Assembly (NCBI GenBank): GCA_002327445.1
Contig: DCWA01000022.1
Coordinates: forward strand, 44,540 to 108,539
DNA length: 64,000 nucleotides
Direction: 5' to 3'
Source: Desulfobacteraceae bacterium UBA2174
Lineage (GTDB): Bacteria > Desulfobacterota > Desulfobacteria > Desulfobacterales > UBA2174
Shown here piece by piece: positions 42,796 to 52,345 of this stretch (position 1 is the first letter of the stretch; the number at the start of each line of letters is the position of its first letter). The translations under genes were made by a program, and so were the position numbers. The notes under the pieces are model-generated. The model was given only the letters and a program-made list of their open reading frames with translations. It had not been told where the DNA came from and searched no databases.

Positions 42796-44766
42796 ATGAC
42801 ACTTTACCGCCAGCTTGTCGCTTTCACCCTTGTCCTTTTCCTGGTGCTTTTCACCGGCACCTGGATTGCCAGGCTGCAAACCACGCGCGCCTTTCTCGGC
42901 GCCCAGCTCGAATCCCACGCCCAGGATACGGCGACTTTTCTCGGCTTGTCCATCTCCCAGCAGATCCAGGATCTGAAAAAGGACCTCCCCGTCGCGGAAA
43001 CCATGATCGGCGCGGTTTTCGACCGCGGTTACTACCGGGTGGTCAAACTGGTGGACATCCGGCAGCGGGTCCTCGTGGAACGGGAGCTGGAGGTCAAGAT
43101 CGAGAACGTGCCGGATTGGTTCATCCGGATGTTCCCCCTGGAAACCCCCGAGGCTGGAGCCAATGTCATGGCCGGCTGGATGCAGGCCGGCACCCTGCTG
43201 GTGAAAAGCCACCCGGGCTTCGCCTACCGCACCCTCTGGCAGGATGCGCTGCGCATGGCCTGGTGGTTTGCCGCCTGCGGCGCATTCGTGCTCATTTTCG
43301 GGGCGGTCGGGCTTCGCCTGCTCCTGCGCCCCCTGGTGCGGGTCGAGCAGCAGGCTGAAGCGCTATGCCGCAAGGAGTATCGGCTTCAGGAACGCATTCC
43401 CCGGACCAAGGAGCTGCGTCGGGTGGTGGAAGTGATGAACCGCATGACGCGCAAGGTCAAGGAGATGTTCCAGGAGCAGGCCGCCCTGGCCGAAGAGATC
43501 CGCAAGGAATCCTACAGCGATGCCGTCACCGGCCTGGGAAACCGGCGCTACTTCGCCGGCCAGGTCGAAGCCCAGCTCCAAGGGCGGGTGAGCGATGCCA
43601 GGGGCGTTCTCCTGTTGGTGCAGATCCGCAATCTGGAGATGGTGAACCGGGAAATGGGAATGGCGGCCGGAGATGCGCTGCTCCAAAGAGCGGCCACCAT
43701 GATCCGTGAAGCCGCCGAGGCCCATGGACAGGCGGTGCTGGCGCGCCTGACCGGCGCCGATTTCGGGCTGTATCTGCCCGATACCCCGGGCTGGGTCGCG
43801 GAAACCCTGTCCAGCGGCATCACCGACCGGCTAAGCGGCCTCTTTACCGAGGGGGTTGCCCCGGAGGGGGATGTCGGACGCGTGGGCGCCGCCACCCATG
43901 AAACGACAGTAAGCCTGGGACGCCTGCTGTCGGAGGCGGACCTGGCCTTGAGAACCGCGGCCCGCTCCGGTCCCAATGCCTGGCATGCGCGTGCCGTTGC
44001 CAGGGAAAACGCCGGCACTCCCCAAGGTGAGCAGCAGTGGAAACTCGCCCTCGAACAGGCGCTGGAAGCGAACCGGATCCGGCTTTTTGCCCAGACGGTA
44101 GCATCCACCAAGGACCGGCAGCAGAAGCTCCACCTGGAACTGTTCTCGAGGATCGTCCAGGAAGACGGCGCCTTGATCAACGCCGGGATTTTCCTCCCCT
44201 TCGCCGAGCATCTCGATCTGGTGGCAAAACTCGACCGTCAGGTGCTGGAACTGGTCGGACGCCTGGATGCCGCACGCCTGGGCGTGACGTGGGTGGCGGT
44301 GAACCTGTCTCCGTCATCGCTGCGCGACGAAGGTTTCCACCAGTGGGTGGGGTCCTTTCTGGACCAGCTGCCGAAGGCATGCCCGCGCATCATTTTCGAG
44401 TTCCCGGAATTCGGCGCGGTCCGGCATCTCGATCTCGTCCAGGAATTCCGGGGGCGCGCCGAGAGCCGGGGGCATGCCATCGGTTTGGACCACTATGGCC
44501 GGGGTTTTTCAAACCTCGGCTACTTGCAGGCTCTGCGCCCCGAGTATGTCAAGATCGACCGGGCCTATACCGCCGAACTCAAGGACGAGCGGGGCGACAG
44601 CCGGTTTTTCATCAGTTCTCTCAGCGGCGTGGCCCACAGCATCGACATCGCGGTGATCGCCGAGGGAGTGGAGACGGAAGGGCAACTGGAGATTCTTGAA
44701 GGGCTTCCCGTCGACGGGATCCAGGGCTACCTGATTGACACGCCCAAGCCCCTGGAAGAGGCGTAG
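42796..44766 (+). CDS. lapD: LapD-type inner-membrane c-di-GMP receptor (LapD/MoxY N-domain, HAMP, degenerate GGDEF and EAL)
   Basis: N-terminal TM, a periplasmic domain with AGWMQAG...HPGFAYRTLW, then TM and HAMP. The GGDEF position reads GADFG and the EAL position reads ELF, both degenerate as in LapD. Confidence 0.85.
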   Translation: MTLYRQLVAFTLVLFLVLFTGTWIARLQTTRAFLGAQLESHAQDTATFLGLSISQQIQDLKKDLPVAETMIGAVFDRGYYRVVKLVDIRQRVLVERELEVKIENVPDWFIRMFPLETPEAGANVMAGWMQAGTLLVKSHPGFAYRTLWQDALRMAWWFAACGAFVLIFGAVGLRLLLRPLVRVEQQAEALCRKEYRLQERIPRTKELRRVVEVMNRMTRKVKEMFQEQAALAEEIRKESYSDAVTGLGNRRYFAGQVEAQLQGRVSDARGVLLLVQIRNLEMVNREMGMAAGDALLQRAATMIREAAEAHGQAVLARLTGADFGLYLPDTPGWVAETLSSGITDRLSGLFTEGVAPEGDVGRVGAATHETTVSLGRLLSEADLALRTAARSGPNAWHARAVARENAGTPQGEQQWKLALEQALEANRIRLFAQTVASTKDRQQKLHLELFSRIVQEDGALINAGIFLPFAEHLDLVAKLDRQVLELVGRLDAARLGVTWVAVNLSPSSLRDEGFHQWVGSFLDQLPKACPRIIFEFPEFGAVRHLDLVQEFRGRAESRGHAIGLDHYGRGFSNLGYLQALRPEYVKIDRAYTAELKDERGDSRFFISSLSGVAHSIDIAVIAEGVETEGQLEILEGLPVDGIQGYLIDTPKPLEEA

Positions 44767-44779
44767 AGACAACTTCGGG

Positions 44780-45115
44780 TCAAAGAATTTCGTCCACCAT
44801 CAGGCCGGGGTCGACCATTTTTGCACGGATTCTTTGACGAGCGGTGATTTTTTTCTGGACCTGCTCCGGCAGGTCGGTGAAGCGGATGACTTTCTTGTCG
44901 ATCAATACGTCGATCAGGTCCTCGATGGCCCGCACCAGGCCGGCGTCGGTCAGCGTCAGCAGGGACCGCACATCGGCCGGGTCCTGGACGGAGTCGAGAA
45001 ATTCGATCACCTCGTCGTCGATGCCGGGCTTGATCTCGGTGGCGGTGGCGGTTCTGTTTCTGGCGATCGCAACGATCCTGCCGTCCGGGTCGCGTTCGAC
45101 GTAAACCATGAACAT
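44780..45115 (-). CDS. Conserved-looking small hypothetical protein
   Basis: 111-aa ORF on the opposite strand between lapD and lapB, with normal-looking composition. The motif LVRAIEDLIDVLIDKKVIRFTDLPEQVQKKI reminds me of small proteins of unknown function; no function assigned. Confidence 0.5.
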   Translation of the reverse strand: MFMVYVERDPDGRIVAIARNRTATATEIKPGIDDEVIEFLDSVQDPADVRSLLTLTDAGLVRAIEDLIDVLIDKKVIRFTDLPEQVQKKITARQRIRAKMVDPGLMVDEIL

Positions 45116-45219
45116 TGTCTCCTGTGGGGATAGAGGTTGGCGTTTTTTAACACCATTTTTCTTTCTTTACCAATAGAAACGATCGACTTCAGAAGCGACG
45201 ACAGCCCAGATCGGATCAT

Positions 45220-47390
45220 ATGGAAAACCATCCGGACCCTCTTTCTACATCACCGAAACCCCTCGCTGTTTCCCCGGCCGTGGAAACCCGGGAGGACCCG
45301 CTGCTGGATGCCCTGGTGTACCTGGCGCGTTTACATGGCCGGACAGCTTCCCGGACGGCCCTGGTGGCCGGTCTGCCGCTGGTGCAAAACCGCCTCACTG
45401 TCGAACTGTTCGCCCGCGCCGCCGAACGGGCAGACCTGGCCGCCAGTGTGGTCAAGCGCCCGCTGCGGAAGATTTCCGACCTGCTCCTGCCTGCGCTGCT
45501 GCTGGAGGACCGGCAGGTCGGCGTCCTGGTGGAGAGGAACGACGGCAGCGCCAAGCTGCTGCTGCCGGAAACCGGTATGGGGGAGCAGGAAGTTTCCGCC
45601 GATGCGCTGGAAAAGATGTACACCGGTTACAGCATTTTCGTGCGCCCCAGGTTCCGGCCGGAGCGCAATCCACTGGAAGAACCCGGCCACCCGGGCACGC
45701 GGACCTGGTTCTGGGGGACCCTTTTCAAGTCCTGGCGCATCTACCGGGACGTCTTTCTGGCCAGTTTTCTCATCAATCTCTTCGGCCTGGCCTGCCCTTT
45801 CTTCGTTCTCAACGTCTACGACCGGGTCATCCCCAACAATGCCGTCGAGACCCTATGGGTGCTGGCCATCGGCATTACCGTGATCTACGTGTTCGCCCTG
45901 GTCATGCGGGCCCTGCTGGGCTATTTCGTCGACGAGGCCGGAAAGAAGGCCGACCTGCGCCTGTCCTCCATGCTGATGCAGAAGGTGCTCGGGCTGCGAA
46001 TGGAGGTGCGCCCCAAGTCCATCGGCTCCTTTTCCAAAAATTTGCAGGAGTTCGAGAGCATCCGCGATTTCATCACCTCCTTTTCCATCACCGCCCTCAT
46101 CGACCTGCCCTTCGTGGGCCTGGGGCTTTTTGTGATCTGGTACCTGGCCAAGGACATCGTGTTGATCCACATCGGGGCCATTTTGCTGCTGCTGATCTAC
46201 GCCGTCATCATCCAGGGGCCGCTGCGCAAGGCGGTGGCCAACACCTTTGCGGCCTCGGCGCAGAAAAACGCCCTGCTGGTGGAAGGACTCTCCGGGCTGG
46301 AAGCCGTCAAGATGCTCGGCGCCGAAAGCCAGGTGCAGCGCGCCTGGGAAGAGGCCGTGGCCTACATCGCCCGCTGGAGCGTCCGCTCGCGGCTGCTTTC
46401 TTCATCGGTGAGCCATTTTTCTTTCTTCATCCAGAGTATGGTCGTGGTGGCGGTGGTAGTGGCCGGCGTCTACAAGATCGCCGAGGGACTGCTCAGCACC
46501 GGTGGCTTGATCGCCCTGGTGATTCTGTCCCGCCAGGCGGTGGCGCCCATGGCCCAGGTGGTCAACCTCGCCACCCGCTACCACCGGGCCCAGGCGGCCT
46601 TGAAATCCCTCAACAGCATCATGGAACTTCCCGTGGAGCGGCCGGCGGAGAAGAGCTTCCTGCACCGAACCGGCTTCCAGGGCGCCATCGGGGTCAAGAA
46701 TCTCACTTTCGCCTACCCCGGGCAGGCGATCAACATCATCAACGACATCACGCTGGACATCGCCGCCGGCGAGAAGGTGGGGATCATTGGCCCCATCGGC
46801 TCGGGCAAGACCACCCTGGGGAAGCTGGTCCTCGGGCTCTATGAGCCCACCGGCGGCATGGTGAGCATGGACGGCACCGACATCCGGCAGATCGATCCGG
46901 CCGAGCTGCGCCGTTTCATCGGCTACGTCCCCCAGGACATCATGCTCTTCCGGGGCAGCGTGCGGGACAACATCACCATCGGCACCCGCGACGTGGACGA
47001 CGCCCAGATCATGAATTCCGCCAGGGTCGCCGTCGTGGACCGGTTCGTCCAGAAAAACCCCATGGGCTATGACATGGAGGTGGAAGAGGGGGCAGGGGCA
47101 TCTCCGGCGGCCAGCGCCAGTGCATCGTCCTGGCCCGGGCCTTGCTGATGGACCCGCCGGTGCTGGTGCTTGACGAGCCCACGAGCAACATGGATAACAG
47201 AACGGAAATGGTGCTGAAACAGAACCTGGCCCGGATCATCAAGGACAAGACCCTGCTGCTGATCACCCATCGGGCTTCCCTGCTCGAAATGGTGGATCGC
47301 CTCATCGTGGTGGACAGCGGCGCCGTGGTGGCCGATGGGCCGAAGGCGTCGGTCCTGGAAGCGCTCAAGAGCGGTCAGCTCAAGCTGTAG
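45220..47390 (+). pseudogene. lapB: Type I secretion ABC transporter (LapB/HlyB type, N-terminal C39-like domain), frame broken at a G-run
   Basis: ORF 45220..47148 (TM domain, Walker A GPIGSGKTT) loses frame before the ABC signature. Frame +2 from 47073 reads ..GGRGISGGQRQCIVLARALLMDPPVLVLDEPTSNMD... to 47390. One extra G in the run at 47088-47092 restores MEVEEGGRGISGGQRQ. Confidence 0.8.
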
Positions 47391-47406
47391 ACGGGAGGAA
47401 GACAAA

Positions 47407-48768
47407 TTGGGCGCGAACAACGAAAAACGCAAGAACCCCGAACTTTTCTACCGCATGCCGGCGGCGGACGTGGAACTGGCCGATGACATCCGCGCGTCCA
47501 TCCTGGCCCAGTCGCCGCGGGGCGGGCGGGCGATTCTTTATGTCGTGGCGGTTTTTGTGGTCCTGTTTTTCTATTGGGCCTCGGTGTCGGAAATCGAGGA
47601 GGTGACCCGCGGAGACGGCAAGGTCATTCCCTCGGGCCAAATCCAGGTGGTGCAGAACCTGGAAGGCGGGATTCTGTCGGAGGTTCTCGTCGGTGTGGGC
47701 GACATGGTCAAGAAGGACCAGCTCCTGCTGCGCATCGACGAAAAGCGTTTCTCGTCCTCCTTTCAGCAGAACCGGGTCAAGTATCTGTCCTTTCTGGCCA
47801 AGGCGGCGCGGCTGCGGGCCGAAGCCAGCGGCGAAAGTTTCGAGGTCCCTGAAGAGGTCGTCAAGGAGATGCCCGAAATCGCGCGGCGGGAGCGGGAACT
47901 CTACCAGACGCGGATGCGCGAGTTCGATTCGAGCCGGGCCATCCGTCGGGAGCAGATCGCCCAGCGGCGGCAGGAGATCCGGGAGCTCAACACCCGGGTA
48001 TCCGAGCTGAGCCGTACCCGGGAGCTGATCCGGAAGGAGCTGAATCTGACCCGGCCCCTGGTGGGCCAGGGGGCCGCCAGCGAGGTGGAGGTGCTGCGCC
48101 TGGAACGCCAGGCCAGCGAGATGGCCGGTGACATGGCCACCACGCGGGATGCGATCCCCCGGGCCGCTTCCAAGCTCCAGGAGGCCCAGCTCGCCCTGGA
48201 CGAGGTGACGTTGAAATTTTCCAACGAGGCCAAGGCCGAGTTGAACGATACGCTGGCGCAACTGGAGGAATTCTCCGCCAATGCCATCGCCCTGGAGGAT
48301 CGCCTCCAGCGGACCGCGGTGCGCTCGCCGGTCAACGGCACCATCAACCGCATCCTGGTCAACACGGTGGGCGGGGTGATCCAACCGGGCATGGACCTCA
48401 TCGAGATCGTACCCATGGATGACACCCTTCTGGTAGAGGCGCGCATCAAGCCGCAGGACATCGCCTTTTTGGGGCCCAACCAGAAGGCCAAGGTCAAGTT
48501 CACCGCCTACGATTTCACCATCTACGGGGGCCTTGACGCCGAGCTGGAACACATCAGCGCCGACAGCATCACCGATGACAAGGGCAACAGCTTCTACCTG
48601 GTCAACGTCCGCACCCAGAAGAACCATCTCGGCAGCGAAGGCGATCCCTTGCCCATCATCCCGGGGATGGTGGCCACGGTGGATATTCTCACCGGCCAGA
48701 AGACGATACTTTCCTATCTTCTCAAACCGGTTCTCAGGGCCAAGTACATGGCCCTGAGAGAGAGATGA
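47407..48768 (+). CDS. lapC: Type I secretion periplasmic adaptor (HlyD/LapC family)
   Basis: TM segment AILYVVAVFVVLFFYW, coiled-coil region, and C-terminal beta-barrel LSYLLKPV. TTG 47407 follows GGGAGGA; ATG 47455 is an alternative start. Confidence 0.85.
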   Translation: MGANNEKRKNPELFYRMPAADVELADDIRASILAQSPRGGRAILYVVAVFVVLFFYWASVSEIEEVTRGDGKVIPSGQIQVVQNLEGGILSEVLVGVGDMVKKDQLLLRIDEKRFSSSFQQNRVKYLSFLAKAARLRAEASGESFEVPEEVVKEMPEIARRERELYQTRMREFDSSRAIRREQIAQRRQEIRELNTRVSELSRTRELIRKELNLTRPLVGQGAASEVEVLRLERQASEMAGDMATTRDAIPRAASKLQEAQLALDEVTLKFSNEAKAELNDTLAQLEEFSANAIALEDRLQRTAVRSPVNGTINRILVNTVGGVIQPGMDLIEIVPMDDTLLVEARIKPQDIAFLGPNQKAKVKFTAYDFTIYGGLDAELEHISADSITDDKGNSFYLVNVRTQKNHLGSEGDPLPIIPGMVATVDILTGQKTILSYLLKPVLRAKYMALRER

Positions 48769-48771
48769 TCG

Positions 48772-49398
48772 ATGCGCATCCTACTGAGCAGTGCCAACCG
48801 CGCCGTGATCAAGAGATGGACCGGGCACCTGTCGGACACCTATCCGGTGGCGTCGGTTTCCTCCCTGCGCGAGCTGCAGGGGCGTTGCACCGAGGGAGGA
48901 TTCGACCTCGTTTTGGTGCACCGCGGTCTAGTGGACCGGGAGGGGTTTTCCGAGTTGTTGGGCCAATGCGCCGGCACCCGCTTTTTCCTGCTCTCCGACC
49001 GGCCCGACGAGATCGAAGGGCTCGAGTTTCTGAAACAGGGTATCGTGGGTTACGCCAATGCCTACATCGGCCGTGAGCGCCTGCTGGAGGCGATTCGCAG
49101 CATCTCCAACGGGTCGGTCTGGGTGGGGCAGAAAGTGATCCAACTGCTCATCGCCGAGGCCCGGGCGCGGGCCAAGGAGCAAGACCCCGCCGAAGCGGAC
49201 CGGCAGAACAGGCTCGCAAGCCTCACCGCCCGCGAGCAGGAGATCGCGCGAAAAGTCGCCGAGGGCCGCGCCAACCTGGATATCGCCGCGGATCTGAACA
49301 TTACCGAGCGGACCGTCAAGGCCCACCTGACGTCCATTTACGAAAAGACCGGCATCGCCAGCCGGCTGAGTCTGGCGTTGCTGGTGAACCAGGGGTGA
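48772..49398 (+). CDS. LuxR/FixJ-type HTH regulator with degenerate (pseudo-)receiver domain
   Basis: The C-terminus LTAREQEIARKVAEGRANLDIAADLNITERTVKAHLTSIYEKTGIASR is a LuxR HTH. In the receiver, DD reads SS (ILLSSANR) and the phospho-Asp position reads His (DLVLVHRG), by my eye alignment to NarL. Confidence 0.75.
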   Translation: MRILLSSANRAVIKRWTGHLSDTYPVASVSSLRELQGRCTEGGFDLVLVHRGLVDREGFSELLGQCAGTRFFLLSDRPDEIEGLEFLKQGIVGYANAYIGRERLLEAIRSISNGSVWVGQKVIQLLIAEARARAKEQDPAEADRQNRLASLTAREQEIARKVAEGRANLDIAADLNITERTVKAHLTSIYEKTGIASRLSLALLVNQG

Positions 49399-49441
49399 GG
49401 TCTTGCTCGTTTCCTGAAAAAACGGGCAAGACCTGCTTTTG
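49398..49441. terminator. Bidirectional hairpin terminator between the luxR-type gene and the adhesin gene
   Basis: AGGTCTTGCTCGTT / AACGGGCAAGACCT (14 bp, 1 mismatch), followed by GCTTTTG. Confidence 0.7.
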
Positions 49442-49463
49442 TGAGAAAACCATATTAGAATGT

Positions 49464-51653
49464 TCAAACATCAGTATCGTCGTCGAGCAGGGTAGATGAG
49501 TCGATTGTCAGGTATGCAGTGTCAAAATCTCCGTCTGTATCCGAAATGGTGTATTCAAAAACATCTTCACCGACCACGTCGAATTCAATTTTTGAGATGG
49601 CAATTCCTTGGTTGGTTGCTGAATCGGTGATGATCAAATAACGGAATTCCTCTGCAGTTTCAACGGCCATGGGTTGATGAACGCCGTTTTTAAATGAGCC
49701 GGTGAAATCCCCTGAGGCGATTTCCTGTCCGGATTCATCATAAGCGCGCCAAGTGGCATCATCCCCTTGATTTTCGTTAAAGTTGCTCAGCTCAATACTG
49801 CATTTCGTAACATTGTTGCCGATATCGAAAAGAACCGCTTCGCCATTTTCAATAGTCCCAGGACCTCCCGTAATGCCGATACCAGATTTGCTTCCTTCGA
49901 TCACCCCAAGATTCTGACCTGCCGTTGATAGGTTGAGCACCTCCATATCCAAGTCACCTGATTCTGTTAGGATGTCATTAAGGTTCAGGTAACCATAGAG
50001 TGATATTGAGCTATCGGTGAAATTGCCTGTGTTCACGACGGTAGTGGTGTGCTGGTACGTGTAATCGCCGTCGCTCTCGATGATCAATTTTCCGTAATCC
50101 CCCTCGATGGCTTCGCCATCCGCATCCGGGGTAACCGAACTACTGCCATGAGTAACGCTTGTCACTGTTGTTGGATCCGCACCGAGATCATCTGCTCCCG
50201 AAAAGGAGGGAGCTTCACCGGTTATTACGTTGCCTCTATCGAAGCCATCCGTGTCGGTCTCATCGTAATCGTCCGCAGCATTTGGCGCAGTATCTCCAAC
50301 ATTGATTTTGACCGTTGCCGGTTCTGATGCAAGTTCATCATTGTCTGTGACGTAGTAGTTAAAAGATGTCTGGATTGGATCACTGCTGAAGTGATCCAAT
50401 TGGTTTGCAACGAAATATAATGTGTCGTTCGTGTATGCCGTTCCTGTGTCTGCAACGGTGGTACGCGCTGCATCAGTGTAAAGAGTTCCGTTTGTAGGTA
50501 GACTTGTCAGCGTGTAGGACGATACCGTGCCATCCGTATCCGTTCCAGAGAGTTGGATTTCTATAGTTGTCGCCTCTGGGCCGCTTGCGTTGACGGGAAT
50601 TGCGGTTGGGGGCTGTGTTTGGGGTTGATCGTTGTCTTCGATGGTGGCCGTGGCGGTGTCGCTGTAAGTGTCTCCACCACTGCTGAGCGTCGCCGTCAGG
50701 CCGAAGGTCTCGTCGTTTTCGTCAATCATGTCATCGACTGTATCGGTCTTGAGCAGCAGCGTGGTGTCACCCTCGAGCACGCCGATGGCGCCGGTGACAT
50801 CGTTCCAAGTGGTGCCACCGTCGTTGCTGTACTGGAAATGAGTCTCGTTGTAGTCCGCATTCACGGCCGTGCCGTCGGCCAGCACCAGTGTCACGGTACT
50901 GCCGGCGGCCGCATTTTCAATCGTCACGGTAAACTCGGCGTCCTGACCCTCGACGACCGCCACATCGGCCATTTCAACTGCTGGCGCCAGCCCTGGTTCC
51001 GGCTCCGGTTCCGCATCAGCCTCTGGTTGGGGTTGCAGCCCCGGCTCCAGTTCTGACTCGGCGGAAGGCGCTTCCGATTCGGTCGGAGGCGTTTCTGACC
51101 TGGCGGGAGGCGCTTCTGACTCGGAGGAAGGCGCGATTCCAGCCGCAGATAGGAGACCCTCTGGCGAAAAAGGCTCGACCGTGCCAGGATCCGCCGGGCC
51201 AATGGTTTCGGCGCCGCTGTCTGGGGCTACCTCGTTGGCTGTCAATGTGGCGACATAGACGGGATGCCCACCGCCGCTGTCCGCCGTGCCGCCGGCGGCC
51301 GGGGCTTCCAGCTCGATCTCGCCCTCGCCTTCAAGCAACGCCCGAATCTCTTCCACCTCGGCAGTGGCTTCGGCAACCTGCTCGGGGGTCGCACCGGCGT
51401 ACACGTCCTCGTCGATGAGCACGTCGCTCATGCGGCCGATTTCGATCTGGGCCGGCGGAGGGCCGTCGAACATGATGGCCACGCTGCCGTCGCTCTCGGT
51501 CACGATGCGGTCCATGGCAAAGACCGGGCTGTTGACCGCCAGGACTCGGACGGTGCCGTCCGGCGCAACGGCCTTCACCTTTCCGTAAAGGATAAAAACT
51601 TTGCCGACTACCGGGTTCATCGCGGGGCCGTGGGTATTTGCCGTTTCGGACAT
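49464..51653 (-). CDS. LapA-like type I-secreted adhesin (N-terminal retention module, Calx-beta-like domain, acidic C-terminal signal), short form
   Basis: The N-terminus VVGKVFILYGKVKAVAPDGTVRVLAVNSPVFAMDRIVTESDGSVAIMF resembles the LapA retention module. PAAG lies at residues 118-121. VEGQDAEFTVTI...ETFGLTATL is Calx-beta-like. Cys-poor and D/T/G-rich, ending ...LLDDDTDV. Confidence 0.8.
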   Translation of the reverse strand: MSETANTHGPAMNPVVGKVFILYGKVKAVAPDGTVRVLAVNSPVFAMDRIVTESDGSVAIMFDGPPPAQIEIGRMSDVLIDEDVYAGATPEQVAEATAEVEEIRALLEGEGEIELEAPAAGGTADSGGGHPVYVATLTANEVAPDSGAETIGPADPGTVEPFSPEGLLSAAGIAPSSESEAPPARSETPPTESEAPSAESELEPGLQPQPEADAEPEPEPGLAPAVEMADVAVVEGQDAEFTVTIENAAAGSTVTLVLADGTAVNADYNETHFQYSNDGGTTWNDVTGAIGVLEGDTTLLLKTDTVDDMIDENDETFGLTATLSSGGDTYSDTATATIEDNDQPQTQPPTAIPVNASGPEATTIEIQLSGTDTDGTVSSYTLTSLPTNGTLYTDAARTTVADTGTAYTNDTLYFVANQLDHFSSDPIQTSFNYYVTDNDELASEPATVKINVGDTAPNAADDYDETDTDGFDRGNVITGEAPSFSGADDLGADPTTVTSVTHGSSSVTPDADGEAIEGDYGKLIIESDGDYTYQHTTTVVNTGNFTDSSISLYGYLNLNDILTESGDLDMEVLNLSTAGQNLGVIEGSKSGIGITGGPGTIENGEAVLFDIGNNVTKCSIELSNFNENQGDDATWRAYDESGQEIASGDFTGSFKNGVHQPMAVETAEEFRYLIITDSATNQGIAISKIEFDVVGEDVFEYTISDTDGDFDTAYLTIDSSTLLDDDTDV
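51052..51135. repeat. 4 x 21-bp in-frame tandem repeat inside the adhesin linker
   Basis: TCTGACTCGGCGGAAGGCGCT / TCCGATTCGGTCGGAGGCGTT / TCTGACCTGGCGGGAGGCGCT / TCTGACTCGGAGGAAGGCGCG, encoding the S-E-x-P-P-x-x heptads (SESEAPPARSETPPTESEAPSAESE). Confidence 0.85.
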
Positions 51654-51927
51654 GCTCGTTTTCCTTTATATAATATATAAATTCTATATGATTTCAGTTT
51701 GATGGATCGCGCCTATCATGTTTTGCGTTAAATCTACCATATTGCTTCAAGGCCGGCGCGTCTATTGTACTTTGGTACAGGTTTTTGCATTTTTCGGGAC
51801 CTTTTGACCAGGTTTCGTAGCCGGTTATCCTGTGGCCCGGATTCTTAACTTGCACCTTTTCCGTGTCATCGCAAATGCATCCAGAAATCCGTGTTTTGGT
51901 AATGAAGGCGGCAGGTTGTGACAAATG

Positions 51928-52128
51928 AGAAGAGATCCCTCGTCGCGTCCGCTCCTCGGGATGACAGGGGGTACGCTTCGGAATGCCAGGGGGCGCTCCT
52001 CGGGATGCCAACACCCTCCCGCTGTCATTCCGAGCGTCGGCGAGGAATCCGCAGTCGGGAATATGGCGGGAAGTGGCGGCAAATTCGGAAGAGATCCCTC
52101 GTCGCGTGCGCTCCTCGGGATGACAGGT
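51928..52128. repeat. Cluster of REP/MITE-like palindromic elements (AGAGATCCCTCGTCGC..GCGCTCCTCGGGATGACAGG and its inverted partner)
   Basis: Copies at about 51928-51970 (+), 52022-52080 (inverted form CTGTCATTCCGAGCGTCGGCGAGGAATCC...) and 52088-52128 (+), plus a partial copy at 51991-52016. Confidence 0.85.
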
Positions 52129-52345
52129 GGGGATGTTTCGCAATGACAGCGTTGAACGGTGGCCATCCCCAGCCGCTTCTGCAGGATTGGAGGCTCTGGC
52201 CCAAACCCGAACCTCGCAACCGGAAATTTTGGATGCACCTCAGGCACCTTGAGAGCATAACGCGAGGCTATAGCGCGTTGACACCCCGTCGGGTGCCATA
52301 GTAGAGCAGGCGGCAACACTGCACAGCTGGTGAAAGGACGGCAGA

